Assembly (NCBI GenBank): GCA_043815815.1
Contig: JBDRIO010000009.1
Location: forward strand, 2,751 to 66,750
Origin: Candidatus Eiseniibacteriota bacterium
GTDB lineage: Bacteria > Joyebacterota > Joyebacteria > Joyebacterales > Joyebacteraceae
DNA: 64,000 nucleotides
Direction of reading: 5' to 3'
The notes beneath the pieces are model-generated. The model ran no database searches, was not told where the DNA came from, and saw only the letters and a program-made list of their open reading frames with translations. Shown here one piece after another: positions 37,895 to 50,644 of this stretch (position 1 is its first letter; every line of letters begins with the position of its first letter). Position numbers and translations under genes: made by a program.

Positions 37895-40800
37895 CTATCG
37901 GAGCGCGACGACCTTCCTCGTGGCGCTGCCGGCGGGCGTCACCATCCTCACGAAGTATATCCCCGAGGGGAGCTCGCGTCCCACTCCGTCGCGCCCGTCC
38001 CACCGGACCTCGTGTTCGCCCGCGGGGAACGGACCGTCGGCGATCACGGCCACGCGACGCCCCCTGATATCGTACACGGAGAGCGTGACGCGCGAATCGC
38101 GCGGGAGCGCGAGTCCGAGCGACGTCGACCGTCCGAAGGGGTTCGGTGCGGCAGGGCCGAGCGCCAGCCCGGGCGGCAACTTATCCCCGCCGTCCGGGAC
38201 ACCGGTCTCGGTGAGATGGAGGACCACGTATTCGTCGGCCTCCACGTTCGCGCCGGCGTCGCCAGCCGGCGCCTGCCCGGTGAGCGCTCCGCCGTCAGGA
38301 GTGGCGTAGGCCGCCGCAGCGACGAGAATGGAGTCCGGGACCGAGCCGAAGAGCGCGGCGAGGTCGAGCGCGCCTTCGAGATACGTTCCCGCGGCCTGGA
38401 CTGCGCTCGACGAAGCGAATACGCTCTCGGCGCCGTCGAACCAGCCGCTCCAGCCGCTCGACCCCTCTTCCGCGAGGAAGTACTCCCACCCTGCGACCGT
38501 GCCCGACTTGGCCCACGGTGCGCTCCTCGAACCCCCGGGGTCGCGGTCGACGAGGATGAAGTGGTCGAGACCTCCACCCGCGCCGTCGGTCGCCAAGTAC
38601 AGCCACGTTCCGTCGAAGTCCCAGTAGAGGTCGAGCCCCGAGCCTGCCGCCGCGAGCCGGGCATCGGCGTCGAGCGCCCCGTCCATGTCGTATCCGTCAC
38701 CGGGGACGCCGCCGGTCACCGTCGCGTGCCAGTCGGCTCCGCCGTTGTTGTCCCAGTTCCCGCCGCCGTCGTTGAACACGAAGTCGACCGTGGTGGCCGC
38801 GGACGGGATCGAGTACGCGTAGGCCCACGCCTCTTCGCCCGCGTCCCACGTCATCGCGGGGTCGGGCGAGAGAACGTCCTGCCAGCCGCTGTGGCCCACA
38901 TGGACGTATACGGGATCGGTCGCCGGCGGCAACACCTGTCGGCAGTCGAGGTCGTAGTAGATCGTGACCGTGTTGCCCGCCTGGGGCTCTGTCGGGTCCC
39001 ACCAGACGCACGTGTCGGACGGCGCGCCTCCCCCGCTCCCGACCCAGACGTGCTGGATGGGCGAGCGTTTGACGTACCCGAGGCTGTCCTCCGCCTCGAC
39101 GTAGTAGTCGAGCAGCACGTCCTCGAATCCTGTCAGGTGCGCGTAGTACTCGTCCGCTATGTGGTCGGGCATGACGGTGAAATCGATGCTGGGGTCGTTG
39201 TGGAAGTTCCCGGCGGGGAAGTCGCGGTACGTCATGGGCACGGTCACCCACGAGCCCACGCCCGCGCCGTCCGCGTAGACCTCGTTCACGTCGGTGCCCA
39301 TGTCGTTCGTGCCGTCGTCGTCGGCGCGGTACCTGAGGTCGACCCGGACGAGCCCCGACACGTCGTAGGCGAACGTCCACACGTAGAAGTCCTGACTCAT
39401 CGGCGCTCCGGCTCCTCCGGGATAACCCCACAGGGAGCCGCCGCCGAAGCCGCCCGGGTTCCACGGCAGACGCTGCGGAAGCCAGACGGTCGGCGGGACG
39501 GCGTCGCTCCCGCCTGCGATGACCGGGTCGGCGTACGCGATCGCCTTGTTGCACGCAAGCGTCGGCTTGATCTCCATGTCGAGAGCCGTCCCGTAGTACA
39601 TGTAGCCGCTGTCGTAGCCGCCCAGCAGGAAGTGCCAGGCCTTTTCGACGGCGTCGGCCCCGAGCGAGGGCTTCTGGATCTTCACGGGATCGGCGGGGCC
39701 GCCGATGGCCTCGGCGGTCTCGACGCGGTTCTGTGCCGCGGTCAGCACGGCCCAGTTGCGCTCGTCCTCCGCCCAGCCTCCGGGGATGTCGAAGTTCCCG
39801 GAGCCGCCCACGAGCGGCCAGTTCCAGTTTATGAACTGCGGACTCCCGAAATCGCCGTCAGCGTTCACCCATCCCCCGTCCTCGACGTGGACGACGTCGG
39901 ACGGGCTCACGGGGTGGTCGGCCAGGAACTCCGCGATGACCGTCGGCTCGTACCCCTGAGAGACGGCCGAGTGGGAGAACTGCGAGACATTCTCGTACCA
40001 GTACGAGTAGCCGCCGGACCAGGCGTTGTCGCCGTCGTGGGCGAAGAGGATGAGCATCGGGTTCGAGGGATCGTTGTACGATGCGATCGCGTCGATCTCG
40101 CCGGTCCCGAAGAGCCCGTAGCCCTCGTTCCACGACATCGCGTTCGCGGCGGGGACGACGACCATCTTGGACTCGGCCCCCGTGGCGGGGTCCACGTACC
40201 GCGCGTAGTGCGGACGGAACCCGTAGGGCGGCGGCACCTTCACTGTGACACCGCGCGGGATGTACTGGGAGTAGTAGTAGCCTTGCGCCGGATTGAGCTG
40301 GTCCGCCCTGTTCGGCGGGTCGCAGTTGTCCTGGTTCGCGCTGTAGGGATAGTCGGCGCACGCGCGGGAGATGTGCACGTCGGGCACGATCGTCCACTCG
40401 ACGCCTTCGTCGACGAGAACCGGGATCAAGCGCTCCGAAAAGCACGTCTCCGCCGGGAAGAACCCGACCGAGTAGTTCGAGTCGCCCCACGCCCCCGGGT
40501 ACGCCGCCTTCTGTATCTGGATCTCCTTCTGGAAGGCGTTCTCGTCCATGAGCGGGTTCACGCCGTGGTGATGCCCGACGAGGACGATGTCGCACCGCAT
40601 GCGTCCGCCCGACGTCGTCCATCCCCTGGCCTCGCGGTAGTCGCTGTACCAGTCCGACGCGTAGACGCCCCCGTTCCACCCGTTGTCGCCCAGGCTCCCG
40701 ATGTTCTCGATGAGGCTCCCGGCGAAGCTCACCTGCGCGCCGGCGTCCGGGATGTCCAGGATGGAAGCGATGGCGTCACGCGGGTAGTACTGGTAGTCGC

Positions 40801-41044
40801 CTATGCGGTCCGCCTTCCCGAAGATCTCCGCCTCGTCGTTCTCGGAGTGCCCGAGCTGGATCGTCTCGTACGCCCTCTCGTACTCGCCCGGCACCCAGGT
40901 CGACTCGTCGGGCCAGTAGATCGGCTGGTGCATGTGCCAGAGGTACGTCGTGTGGATGGGGGCTGCGCCGGCTCCGGAAGAAAGGGCGAGAGCTGTCGCA
41001 GCGGCCAGACACAGGCGAGCGCCTGTCAGGTGTATTCTGTCCAT
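37895..41044 (-). CDS. secreted GH57/GH119-like alpha-glucan-active enzyme with starch-binding CBM and FlgD-like tail
   Basis: HTTYLWHMHQP, FFPAETCFSER, AHDGDN; CBM-like VDFVFNDGGGNWDNNGGADW; tail WDGRDGVGRELPSGIYF. Confidence 0.72.
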   Translation of the reverse strand: MDRIHLTGARLCLAAATALALSSGAGAAPIHTTYLWHMHQPIYWPDESTWVPGEYERAYETIQLGHSENDEAEIFGKADRIGDYQYYPRDAIASILDIPDAGAQVSFAGSLIENIGSLGDNGWNGGVYASDWYSDYREARGWTTSGGRMRCDIVLVGHHHGVNPLMDENAFQKEIQIQKAAYPGAWGDSNYSVGFFPAETCFSERLIPVLVDEGVEWTIVPDVHISRACADYPYSANQDNCDPPNRADQLNPAQGYYYSQYIPRGVTVKVPPPYGFRPHYARYVDPATGAESKMVVVPAANAMSWNEGYGLFGTGEIDAIASYNDPSNPMLILFAHDGDNAWSGGYSYWYENVSQFSHSAVSQGYEPTVIAEFLADHPVSPSDVVHVEDGGWVNADGDFGSPQFINWNWPLVGGSGNFDIPGGWAEDERNWAVLTAAQNRVETAEAIGGPADPVKIQKPSLGADAVEKAWHFLLGGYDSGYMYYGTALDMEIKPTLACNKAIAYADPVIAGGSDAVPPTVWLPQRLPWNPGGFGGGSLWGYPGGAGAPMSQDFYVWTFAYDVSGLVRVDLRYRADDDGTNDMGTDVNEVYADGAGVGSWVTVPMTYRDFPAGNFHNDPSIDFTVMPDHIADEYYAHLTGFEDVLLDYYVEAEDSLGYVKRSPIQHVWVGSGGGAPSDTCVWWDPTEPQAGNTVTIYYDLDCRQVLPPATDPVYVHVGHSGWQDVLSPDPAMTWDAGEEAWAYAYSIPSAATTVDFVFNDGGGNWDNNGGADWHATVTGGVPGDGYDMDGALDADARLAAAGSGLDLYWDFDGTWLYLATDGAGGGLDHFILVDRDPGGSRSAPWAKSGTVAGWEYFLAEEGSSGWSGWFDGAESVFASSSAVQAAGTYLEGALDLAALFGSVPDSILVAAAAYATPDGGALTGQAPAGDAGANVEADEYVVLHLTETGVPDGGDKLPPGLALGPAAPNPFGRSTSLGLALPRDSRVTLSVYDIRGRRVAVIADGPFPAGEHEVRWDGRDGVGRELPSGIYFVRMVTPAGSATRKVVALR

Positions 41045-41051
41045 ACTGACT

Positions 41052-41060
41052 ATTTTAGCA
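41052..41060 (-). promoter_or_regulatory. extended -10 promoter, leaderless transcript candidate
   Basis: TGcTAAAAT lies 7 nt before the ATG at 41044; no SD. Confidence 0.6.
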
Positions 41061-41106
41061 CGAGCCGGTGGACACACCAAGAAGCGCCCCGCTCGCATAT
41101 TAGAGA

Positions 41107-41135
41107 TTGACGCTCAGCCGCTTACCCGCTACAAT
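41107..41135 (+). promoter_or_regulatory. sigma-70-type promoter
   Basis: TTGACG-N17-TACAAT. Confidence 0.7.
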
Positions 41136-41331
41136 CACTCATGGTCGGGGACGCCCCCGGCGCCGAGAGTCCACTCCGAGTCACCTGCCCCACTCCCGCG
41201 TCCGTGAGCAGCCCCCGAACCGCTGAGCACGTTTCCGCAGTTTCGCCTCACACGAAGGGAGGGCCATGCGCAAGTCTCAAGGCTCCGCAGTCCCTCGCAT
41301 CGATATGGACGTACTGGATCGGGAGGTTGTG

Positions 41332-41991
41332 ATGATGAGAACTGCTAGCGTGGCCGTGCTCGTCGCGATCGTGCTCGCCATGTCGAGCGCCGCCATCGCA
41401 GACGAGTGCGATGGAGTCAGCCGGTTCTGGTGCAACCAGCATCCGGCCTGCATCACGTGGAACGGCCTGAACGGGAACTGCTACTACATCAGCCACGTGC
41501 AGTGCCAGTGTCGGGATCTCGGCTCCGTCATTGTCGACGTCTGCGACCTCTCGGCAGAGCTTGGCGATGGCGCGTTCGAGTTCTACTACAACACCGACGA
41601 CATGGTGAACGACTATGCTCTGACCTATCTGAACCCCTGCACGGGGTACTCGTCGAACGGTCCCGACGCGGTCGCGAACGTCTACCTGGCGTCTGGCGGC
41701 ATCCTCGAGGTTCACATGGATCCCGAGGGAACCATGGACTCGAGCCTCTACCTCGTCACGGACTGCGCCAATCCCGAGGGGACGTGCGTCGCGGGCGCCG
41801 ACGTCACGTACAGCGGCGACGAGGAGACGTTCACCTATGTCAGCCCGACTGACGGCATCTACTACATCATCTTCGACGCTTACACGTCAGCCCCCGGCGC
41901 TCAGGCTGTGCGTGTCTGGGGCGACGTCACGGGCTCGTTCACGCCGGTCGAGACTCACTCCTGGGGCACGATCAAGGCGATGTACCGGTAA
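41332..41991 (+). CDS. secreted Cys-rich protein (PPC-like domain) with SWG-type tail
   Basis: SD GGAGG; signal peptide; GPDAV...DSSLYLVTDC...GIYYIIFD; ends TPVETHSWGTIKAMYR. Confidence 0.72.
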   Translation: MMRTASVAVLVAIVLAMSSAAIADECDGVSRFWCNQHPACITWNGLNGNCYYISHVQCQCRDLGSVIVDVCDLSAELGDGAFEFYYNTDDMVNDYALTYLNPCTGYSSNGPDAVANVYLASGGILEVHMDPEGTMDSSLYLVTDCANPEGTCVAGADVTYSGDEETFTYVSPTDGIYYIIFDAYTSAPGAQAVRVWGDVTGSFTPVETHSWGTIKAMYR

Positions 41992-42049
41992 TCACTCCGG
42001 CGCCGCCGGCCTACGGCGCCGCTTGAGGGCGCCGCGGCCGTCACAACGA

Positions 42050-42081
42050 AGCGGGCTGCCCCCACCTGGGGACAGCCCGCT
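42050..42081. terminator. hairpin between convergent genes
   Basis: agcgggctg-ccccc-acct-gggga-cagcccgct. Confidence 0.6.
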
Positions 42082-42121
42082 GTTCTTCCTGGTGAGCCGT
42101 CGCTCTCGCGACGCTGGACCT

Positions 42122-43747
<1,626 letters not shown>

Positions 43748-43772
43748 CTACCTCCCTGCTGACAGTCCCCGG

Positions 43773-44105
43773 CTAGAGAACCGCCAGGATGTCGTCGTCC
43801 TTCATGAAGAGATACTCCTCGCCGTCGATCGTGATCTCGCTGCCGGACCACTTACCGAAGAGGATCTCGTCGCCGGCCTTCACCTCGATCTTGATGCGCG
43901 TTCCGTCCTCGGAGAGCCTGCCCGGGCCCACTGCCACGACCTTGCCGCGCTGGGGCTTCTCCTTGGCCGTGTCCGGAACGATGATGCCGCCGGCGGTCTT
44001 CTGCATCTCTTCCTCGAGTCTCTTCACGAGGACCCTGTTCGACAGGGGCTTGATGCCCAGCTTCTTCGCGCCGGGCTTCTTGGCGCTCTGCTTCTTCGTG
44101 GCCAT
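43773..44105 (-). CDS. groS: co-chaperonin GroES
   Basis: [32 protein letters not shown]. Confidence 0.97.
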   Translation of the reverse strand: MATKKQSAKKPGAKKLGIKPLSNRVLVKRLEEEMQKTAGGIIVPDTAKEKPQRGKVVAVGPGRLSEDGTRIKIEVKAGDEILFGKWSGSEITIDGEEYLFMKDDDILAVL

Positions 44106-44166
44106 GTCTTGTTCTCCTCCTTTGGCTGTGGCGGCTCGCGCCGCCCCACCGTCCGATCCACCGCGT

Positions 44167-44193
44167 CTAGCACTCGTATTCGCAGACTGCTAA
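44167..44193. promoter_or_regulatory. CIRCE element (HrcA operator)
   Basis: CTAGCACTC-N9-GACTGCTAA versus consensus TTAGCACTC-N9-GAGTGCTAA, directly upstream of groES. Confidence 0.9.
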
Positions 44194-44220
44194 TCTATGC
44201 CAAGACGGGCGGAAGCGCAA
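44192..44220 (-). promoter_or_regulatory. groESL sigma-70-type promoter
   Basis: TTGCGC-N17-TAGATT on the minus strand, abutting CIRCE. Confidence 0.65.
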
Positions 44221-44293
44221 GCGCTTTCTGGCCTGCGTCCGCCCGGTCCGTTCGCGGCGCCGGCGACCGTGCCGGTTCGCCCTCTCCCGTGAC

Positions 44294-45064
44294 CTACCTG
44301 TCCTTGACACGTTCGAATACGAGTGAGAGCCCCAGGAGCGTGAGGTCCGGCTCCACGACCTCTATCGTCTTCGAGAAGAGCGCTATCCTGTCGGCCAGCC
44401 CTCCGGTGGCTATGACGCGGGCCTCCTCCCCCAGCTCCTCCTTCACCCTGCGAACGATCTCGTCGACCTGGCCTGCGGCGCCGAAGACGATGCCGGCCCT
44501 GAGCGCCTCCTCGGTCGAGCGCCCGATGGCCCTCGAGGGCGGGTCCAGGGCGACGCGGTGCAGGAGCGCCGCCTTCCTGAAGAGGTTCTCGGCCGAGGTC
44601 AGGATCCCCGGGGCGATGGCGCCTCCCAGGTATCGTCCGTCTGACGTCACAACGTCGACCGTCGTCGCGGTACCGAAGTCGACGACGATTGCCGCCCCCT
44701 CGGCCATGTGGCGTGCGGCGACCGCGTTGGCCAGCCTGTCGGGGCCGACCTCGCGCGGGTCGTCGTAGTCGATGGCGATCCCCATGTCGAGGTCCGGCCC
44801 GACGATGACCGGCTCGATGCCGAACGCGACCTCGGACATGGTGGACACGGCCCCGGTCAGAGCGGGGACGACCGAAGCGAGGACGACGGCGCCTATGTCC
44901 CCGACGCTCACGCCCGACTGGGCGCACAACTCGCGGACGAGTATGGCGTACTCGTCGGAGGTCCTCGTCGAGTCGCTCGCGATGCGCCAGCGGAACCTGA
45001 GCTCCGTCTGCTCGAAGAGTCCGATGACGGCGTTCGTGTTGCCTACGTCTATTGCGAGAAGCAC
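44294..45064 (-). CDS. coaX: type III pantothenate kinase
   Basis: [37 protein letters not shown]. Confidence 0.95.
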   Translation of the reverse strand: MLLAIDVGNTNAVIGLFEQTELRFRWRIASDSTRTSDEYAILVRELCAQSGVSVGDIGAVVLASVVPALTGAVSTMSEVAFGIEPVIVGPDLDMGIAIDYDDPREVGPDRLANAVAARHMAEGAAIVVDFGTATTVDVVTSDGRYLGGAIAPGILTSAENLFRKAALLHRVALDPPSRAIGRSTEEALRAGIVFGAAGQVDEIVRRVKEELGEEARVIATGGLADRIALFSKTIEVVEPDLTLLGLSLVFERVKDR

Positions 45065-45109
45065 TGGTACCCCTTCCTAGATGTGGGCCAAATCCGAGAC
45101 GCGCAGTCC

Positions 45110-45871
45110 CTATGTGATGGCACGCACAAGGAGAGCCGATGCTGTCGCTACCAGCAGGCTGGCCAACGTCCCTATCATCCTGTAGTAGTCTGGGCGCAGA
45201 GCACCCTTCTGGTCAAGCGGCCCAATCGACTTCGCCGCAACGATGAACCCCACTACGGTCCACTGACCGAGAAGCACAAGCGCGTAGAACAAGGTACGCT
45301 CAAGGTACCCTAGGACCTTGCCTGCGTGCTCCGAGGTGTGCGCACCTGGAATGCCCGTCTGTTGGCACTCCGAGAGTAGATACGTAACGAACGTGCTCCC
45401 CCCTCTCAGACAGAGAGCATACCCGGCAGCCAGGAGCGGATATCGTCGGATGGCGGGAACCCAGCCTAGGGGCACCAAAGGGGCGTGCTCAGTCAGGAAG
45501 CTGCTCTGACAGAGCCACACCCAGATTATCACGATCGCAGCCACGTGGACCAGCTGGTCGGCAAGGAGCAAGAGGACAGGGCTGCGACCTCTCTGCTCGC
45601 CGACCCGCCTCGCCAAGTCGGCAAGGGCATGCGAGAACGCCAATGCCAGCACGGCCGGCACAATCGCCCAACCCCACACCGGCACGACGAGCAACGCGTG
45701 CGTCAGCAGGACCTGACCGACGTGAAGTAGCATCGCCACGTTGCTTCCACGCTTCGCCTCAGCCAGCCTCTCTGTCTGCAAGCCGAAGTCCGACAGGAAG
45801 TGTCCTGCAAGCAGTAGAGAAAGCAAGGCCGCCCCTGCCGCTCCCCAATACTGGACAAGCTCAGTCAGCAT
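45110..45871 (-). CDS. DUF3307-family membrane protein
   Basis: GHFLSDFGLQT, HALAD, ADQLVH, GKVLGYLER, AAKSI, IGTLAS. Confidence 0.8.
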   Translation of the reverse strand: MLTELVQYWGAAGAALLSLLLAGHFLSDFGLQTERLAEAKRGSNVAMLLHVGQVLLTHALLVVPVWGWAIVPAVLALAFSHALADLARRVGEQRGRSPVLLLLADQLVHVAAIVIIWVWLCQSSFLTEHAPLVPLGWVPAIRRYPLLAAGYALCLRGGSTFVTYLLSECQQTGIPGAHTSEHAGKVLGYLERTLFYALVLLGQWTVVGFIVAAKSIGPLDQKGALRPDYYRMIGTLASLLVATASALLVRAIT

Positions 45872-46532
45872 TGCCGCCTCCCGCAGCGCCCGTCGGGTCA
45901 TCAGGATCGTGCCTAAACATGACATTTCGCACGGCCGCTTCGCCATCAGCTACAGCATCATAGGCTGCAGACTTCAGAGCCTTGCTCACGGTTGACTCGT
46001 GACGGTTGCGGGCAGCTGCCACGTCTCTGTGACTACCCGCCCTTCGGGCTGCTGCCACTGTGTCTGCCTGAATCTGCGTCCACCGCAGTCTGATCACGCC
46101 CAGCAGTCCGAACAACGCGTTGAGCAGGGCGTCGTCGCCGCCGAAGCCTGAAACGGTCACCCACCGCCCTTCCTGCTTGCCTGTGGTGATGGCATCTCGA
46201 GCCTCATGGAAGCACGGTCCATCCATCCCGATGGCTGTTTCCCTGAAATCAGTGGTGAGGCATCCCACCCCGACTCCAAAGCGCAGGGGAATGCCGCTCA
46301 AGAGATGGTCTGTCTCGTTCAGTATTGCCACGACGTCGGACGGACGGCGAATCAGCGCCTGGAACTCGTCTCCTAGCGTGACAGTGAAGTCCGCCGCCAG
46401 CTCCGGTTTCAGTTTCCTGCTCAGCGCAGGCATGGCGGCCTCGAGTCTCTCCTGGACGCCGTACCTGTCCGGGAGACGCCTGGAACCCACTATGTCCGCG
46501 ATGAGCGCGACGTAGGTTTGTGCCTTGGCCAT
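45861..46532 (-). CDS. SatD-family protein (nucleotide-cyclase-like fold plus C-terminal HTH)
   Basis: YVALIADIVGSR, TLGDEFQ, RFGVGVG, MDGPCFHEAR. Confidence 0.8.
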   Translation of the reverse strand: MAKAQTYVALIADIVGSRRLPDRYGVQERLEAAMPALSRKLKPELAADFTVTLGDEFQALIRRPSDVVAILNETDHLLSGIPLRFGVGVGCLTTDFRETAIGMDGPCFHEARDAITTGKQEGRWVTVSGFGGDDALLNALFGLLGVIRLRWTQIQADTVAAARRAGSHRDVAAARNRHESTVSKALKSAAYDAVADGEAAVRNVMFRHDPDDPTGAAGGGNAD

Positions 46533-46674
46533 TCGACGCTCCGTGAGAAGGGGTACTCGAACATCGCGGGCAGCCCGCCGAGCACTGGACGCGTCGGGCC
46601 TCTCGCTGACAGGGCCCTGGGTGTCGCTCGCGGACGATCCGTCAGCCGTCGCTGTGATGGCCCGGCTACCGGCT

Positions 46675-47535
46675 TCACCCACCTAGCTCCAGCGAGATGT
46701 CGAGCGCGGGGGCCGAGTGCGTGATGGCGCCCACCGAGATGAAGTCGGCTCCCATGCGGGCGAACTCCGGCAGGGTCTCCGCGGTCACGCACCCCGACAG
46801 CTCTATCTCGGGAGCGCTCGGATGCGCGCGCGCCAGCGCGACCCCCACGCTCATCTCCCCCGGCGTCATGTTGTCGAGCATCACCCTGTCCACCCCCGCC
46901 GCGAGCGCCTGCTCGAGCTCGACGTCGTCGGTCACCTCCACCTCGACCCTGACATCAGGATGGGCGGCCCGCACCGCCGCCACCGCAGACGCGATACCGC
47001 CCGCAGCGGCAATGTGGTTGTCCTTGATGAGCGCCATGTCCCAGAGCCCCATGCGGTGGTTGCCGCCGCCGCCCAGGACGACGGCCTGCTTCTCCAGAGT
47101 CCTCATCCCGGGGGTGGTCTTGCGCGTGTCCAGGAGCGTCGTCCCCGTCCCCTCGAGCACGGCCGCGAGCCCCGCGGTGGCGGTCGCCACCCCGGACAGC
47201 CGCTGCAGGAAGTTCAGCGCCACGCGCTCGCCCGAGATGATGCCGCGGGTCCTCCCGCGGACGGCCGCGATCCGGTCTCCCGCGCTCACCCGGCGCCCGT
47301 CCCCGATAAACACGTCCATCTCGATGCCCCGGTCCATCTCCTGCCACGCCCGCAGGGCGACGTCGAGTCCGGCGATGATCCCCGTGGCGTCGGCGACGAG
47401 GACCCACGTCGACTCGTGGTCCTGGGCGATGATCGGGTCCGTGGTGACGTCTCCCCCGCCGGAGGGTTCGTGCCTCCCGAGGTCCTCGTCCAGGGCCGCG
47501 CGGATGAGCTGTTCCGCGGTCGTGTCGATCTTCAT
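46675..47535 (-). CDS. nadC: nicotinate-nucleotide diphosphorylase (carboxylating)
   Basis: ERVALNFLQRLSGVAT, DTRKTTPG, NHRMGL, LIKDNH, MLDNM. Confidence 0.96.
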   Translation of the reverse strand: MKIDTTAEQLIRAALDEDLGRHEPSGGGDVTTDPIIAQDHESTWVLVADATGIIAGLDVALRAWQEMDRGIEMDVFIGDGRRVSAGDRIAAVRGRTRGIISGERVALNFLQRLSGVATATAGLAAVLEGTGTTLLDTRKTTPGMRTLEKQAVVLGGGGNHRMGLWDMALIKDNHIAAAGGIASAVAAVRAAHPDVRVEVEVTDDVELEQALAAGVDRVMLDNMTPGEMSVGVALARAHPSAPEIELSGCVTAETLPEFARMGADFISVGAITHSAPALDISLELGG

Positions 47536-47593
47536 CGTTCTCTCTCCGATTCTCCGGGCGTCCGTCCTGGAGTCGCCGCGGCGCCCGAGGCCT

Positions 47594-49801
<2,208 letters not shown>

Positions 49802-49825
49802 CGCTTCCCCGCTCCAGCCGGGCCG

Positions 49826-50557
49826 CTACCGCGACATGCCGCCCTCAGTCACCACCAGGTTGTCGACGGGACCGCGCCCGGCCCCCGCGACGCCGAGATA
49901 CTCCCCGTTCAGATACAGCTCGAGCGCCTCACCCGTTCCGACGAAGAGGGTGAACTCCTCCACGCCCTCCCACCGGCGCCTGTCGCCCTCGTCCAGAGTG
50001 AGGTCCGACACGCGCTCACCGTCGACGGAGACGGTGATGTAGACGCGCTCCCTGGCCACGGCCATGAGCTCCAGGCCGTGGACCTCGATCATCGTGTCGA
50101 CCCACGCCGCCTCGCTCACGGGCTGCGTGACGAGCGGCGCCTCCTCCGTGCCGCCCCCCGTCGGCGCGGGCGGGCGATTGACCCACTTCACCACGAGGAG
50201 GATCACGACGACGACGGCGACGGCCCCGACCACCATCCACACCCAGCGCTTGCCGGTCTCCCGCCGCTGCTCCTGCAGCTCGATCTCGACGGCGTCCCAC
50301 TCGTCCAGCTCGTCGGGTTCCTGCTGCTGCGTGAATCGCATGTACTTGTCGACGACGTCCTCTTCGTCGAGCCCGAGGAACCGTGCGTAGGTACGCAGGT
50401 GCCCCTTGACGTAGACGGGAGCCGGAAGAACGCTGAAGCGGTCGCTCTCGATGGCCTCGATGATGCTGGCGCTCATCTTCGTGGCCTTCGCCACGTCGTC
50501 TATACTCTTCTCCTGAGTCTCTCGTTCCGACCTCAGGAGCTCGCCGACCGACTCCAT
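49826..50557 (-). CDS. rodZ: RodZ-like protein (HTH-TM-DUF4115)
   Basis: VGELLRSERE, YVKGHLRTYARFLGLD, single TM helix, LYLNGE. Confidence 0.82.
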   Translation of the reverse strand: MESVGELLRSERETQEKSIDDVAKATKMSASIIEAIESDRFSVLPAPVYVKGHLRTYARFLGLDEEDVVDKYMRFTQQQEPDELDEWDAVEIELQEQRRETGKRWVWMVVGAVAVVVVILLVVKWVNRPPAPTGGGTEEAPLVTQPVSEAAWVDTMIEVHGLELMAVARERVYITVSVDGERVSDLTLDEGDRRRWEGVEEFTLFVGTGEALELYLNGEYLGVAGAGRGPVDNLVVTEGGMSR

Positions 50558-50644
50558 TGATCCCTCCGGTGTCGTGGCCGCCTGGAACCCGCGCCCGACT
50601 GCCTGGAACTCGTGCTCGATGAACCCGTGCCCGCGCCCGACTGC

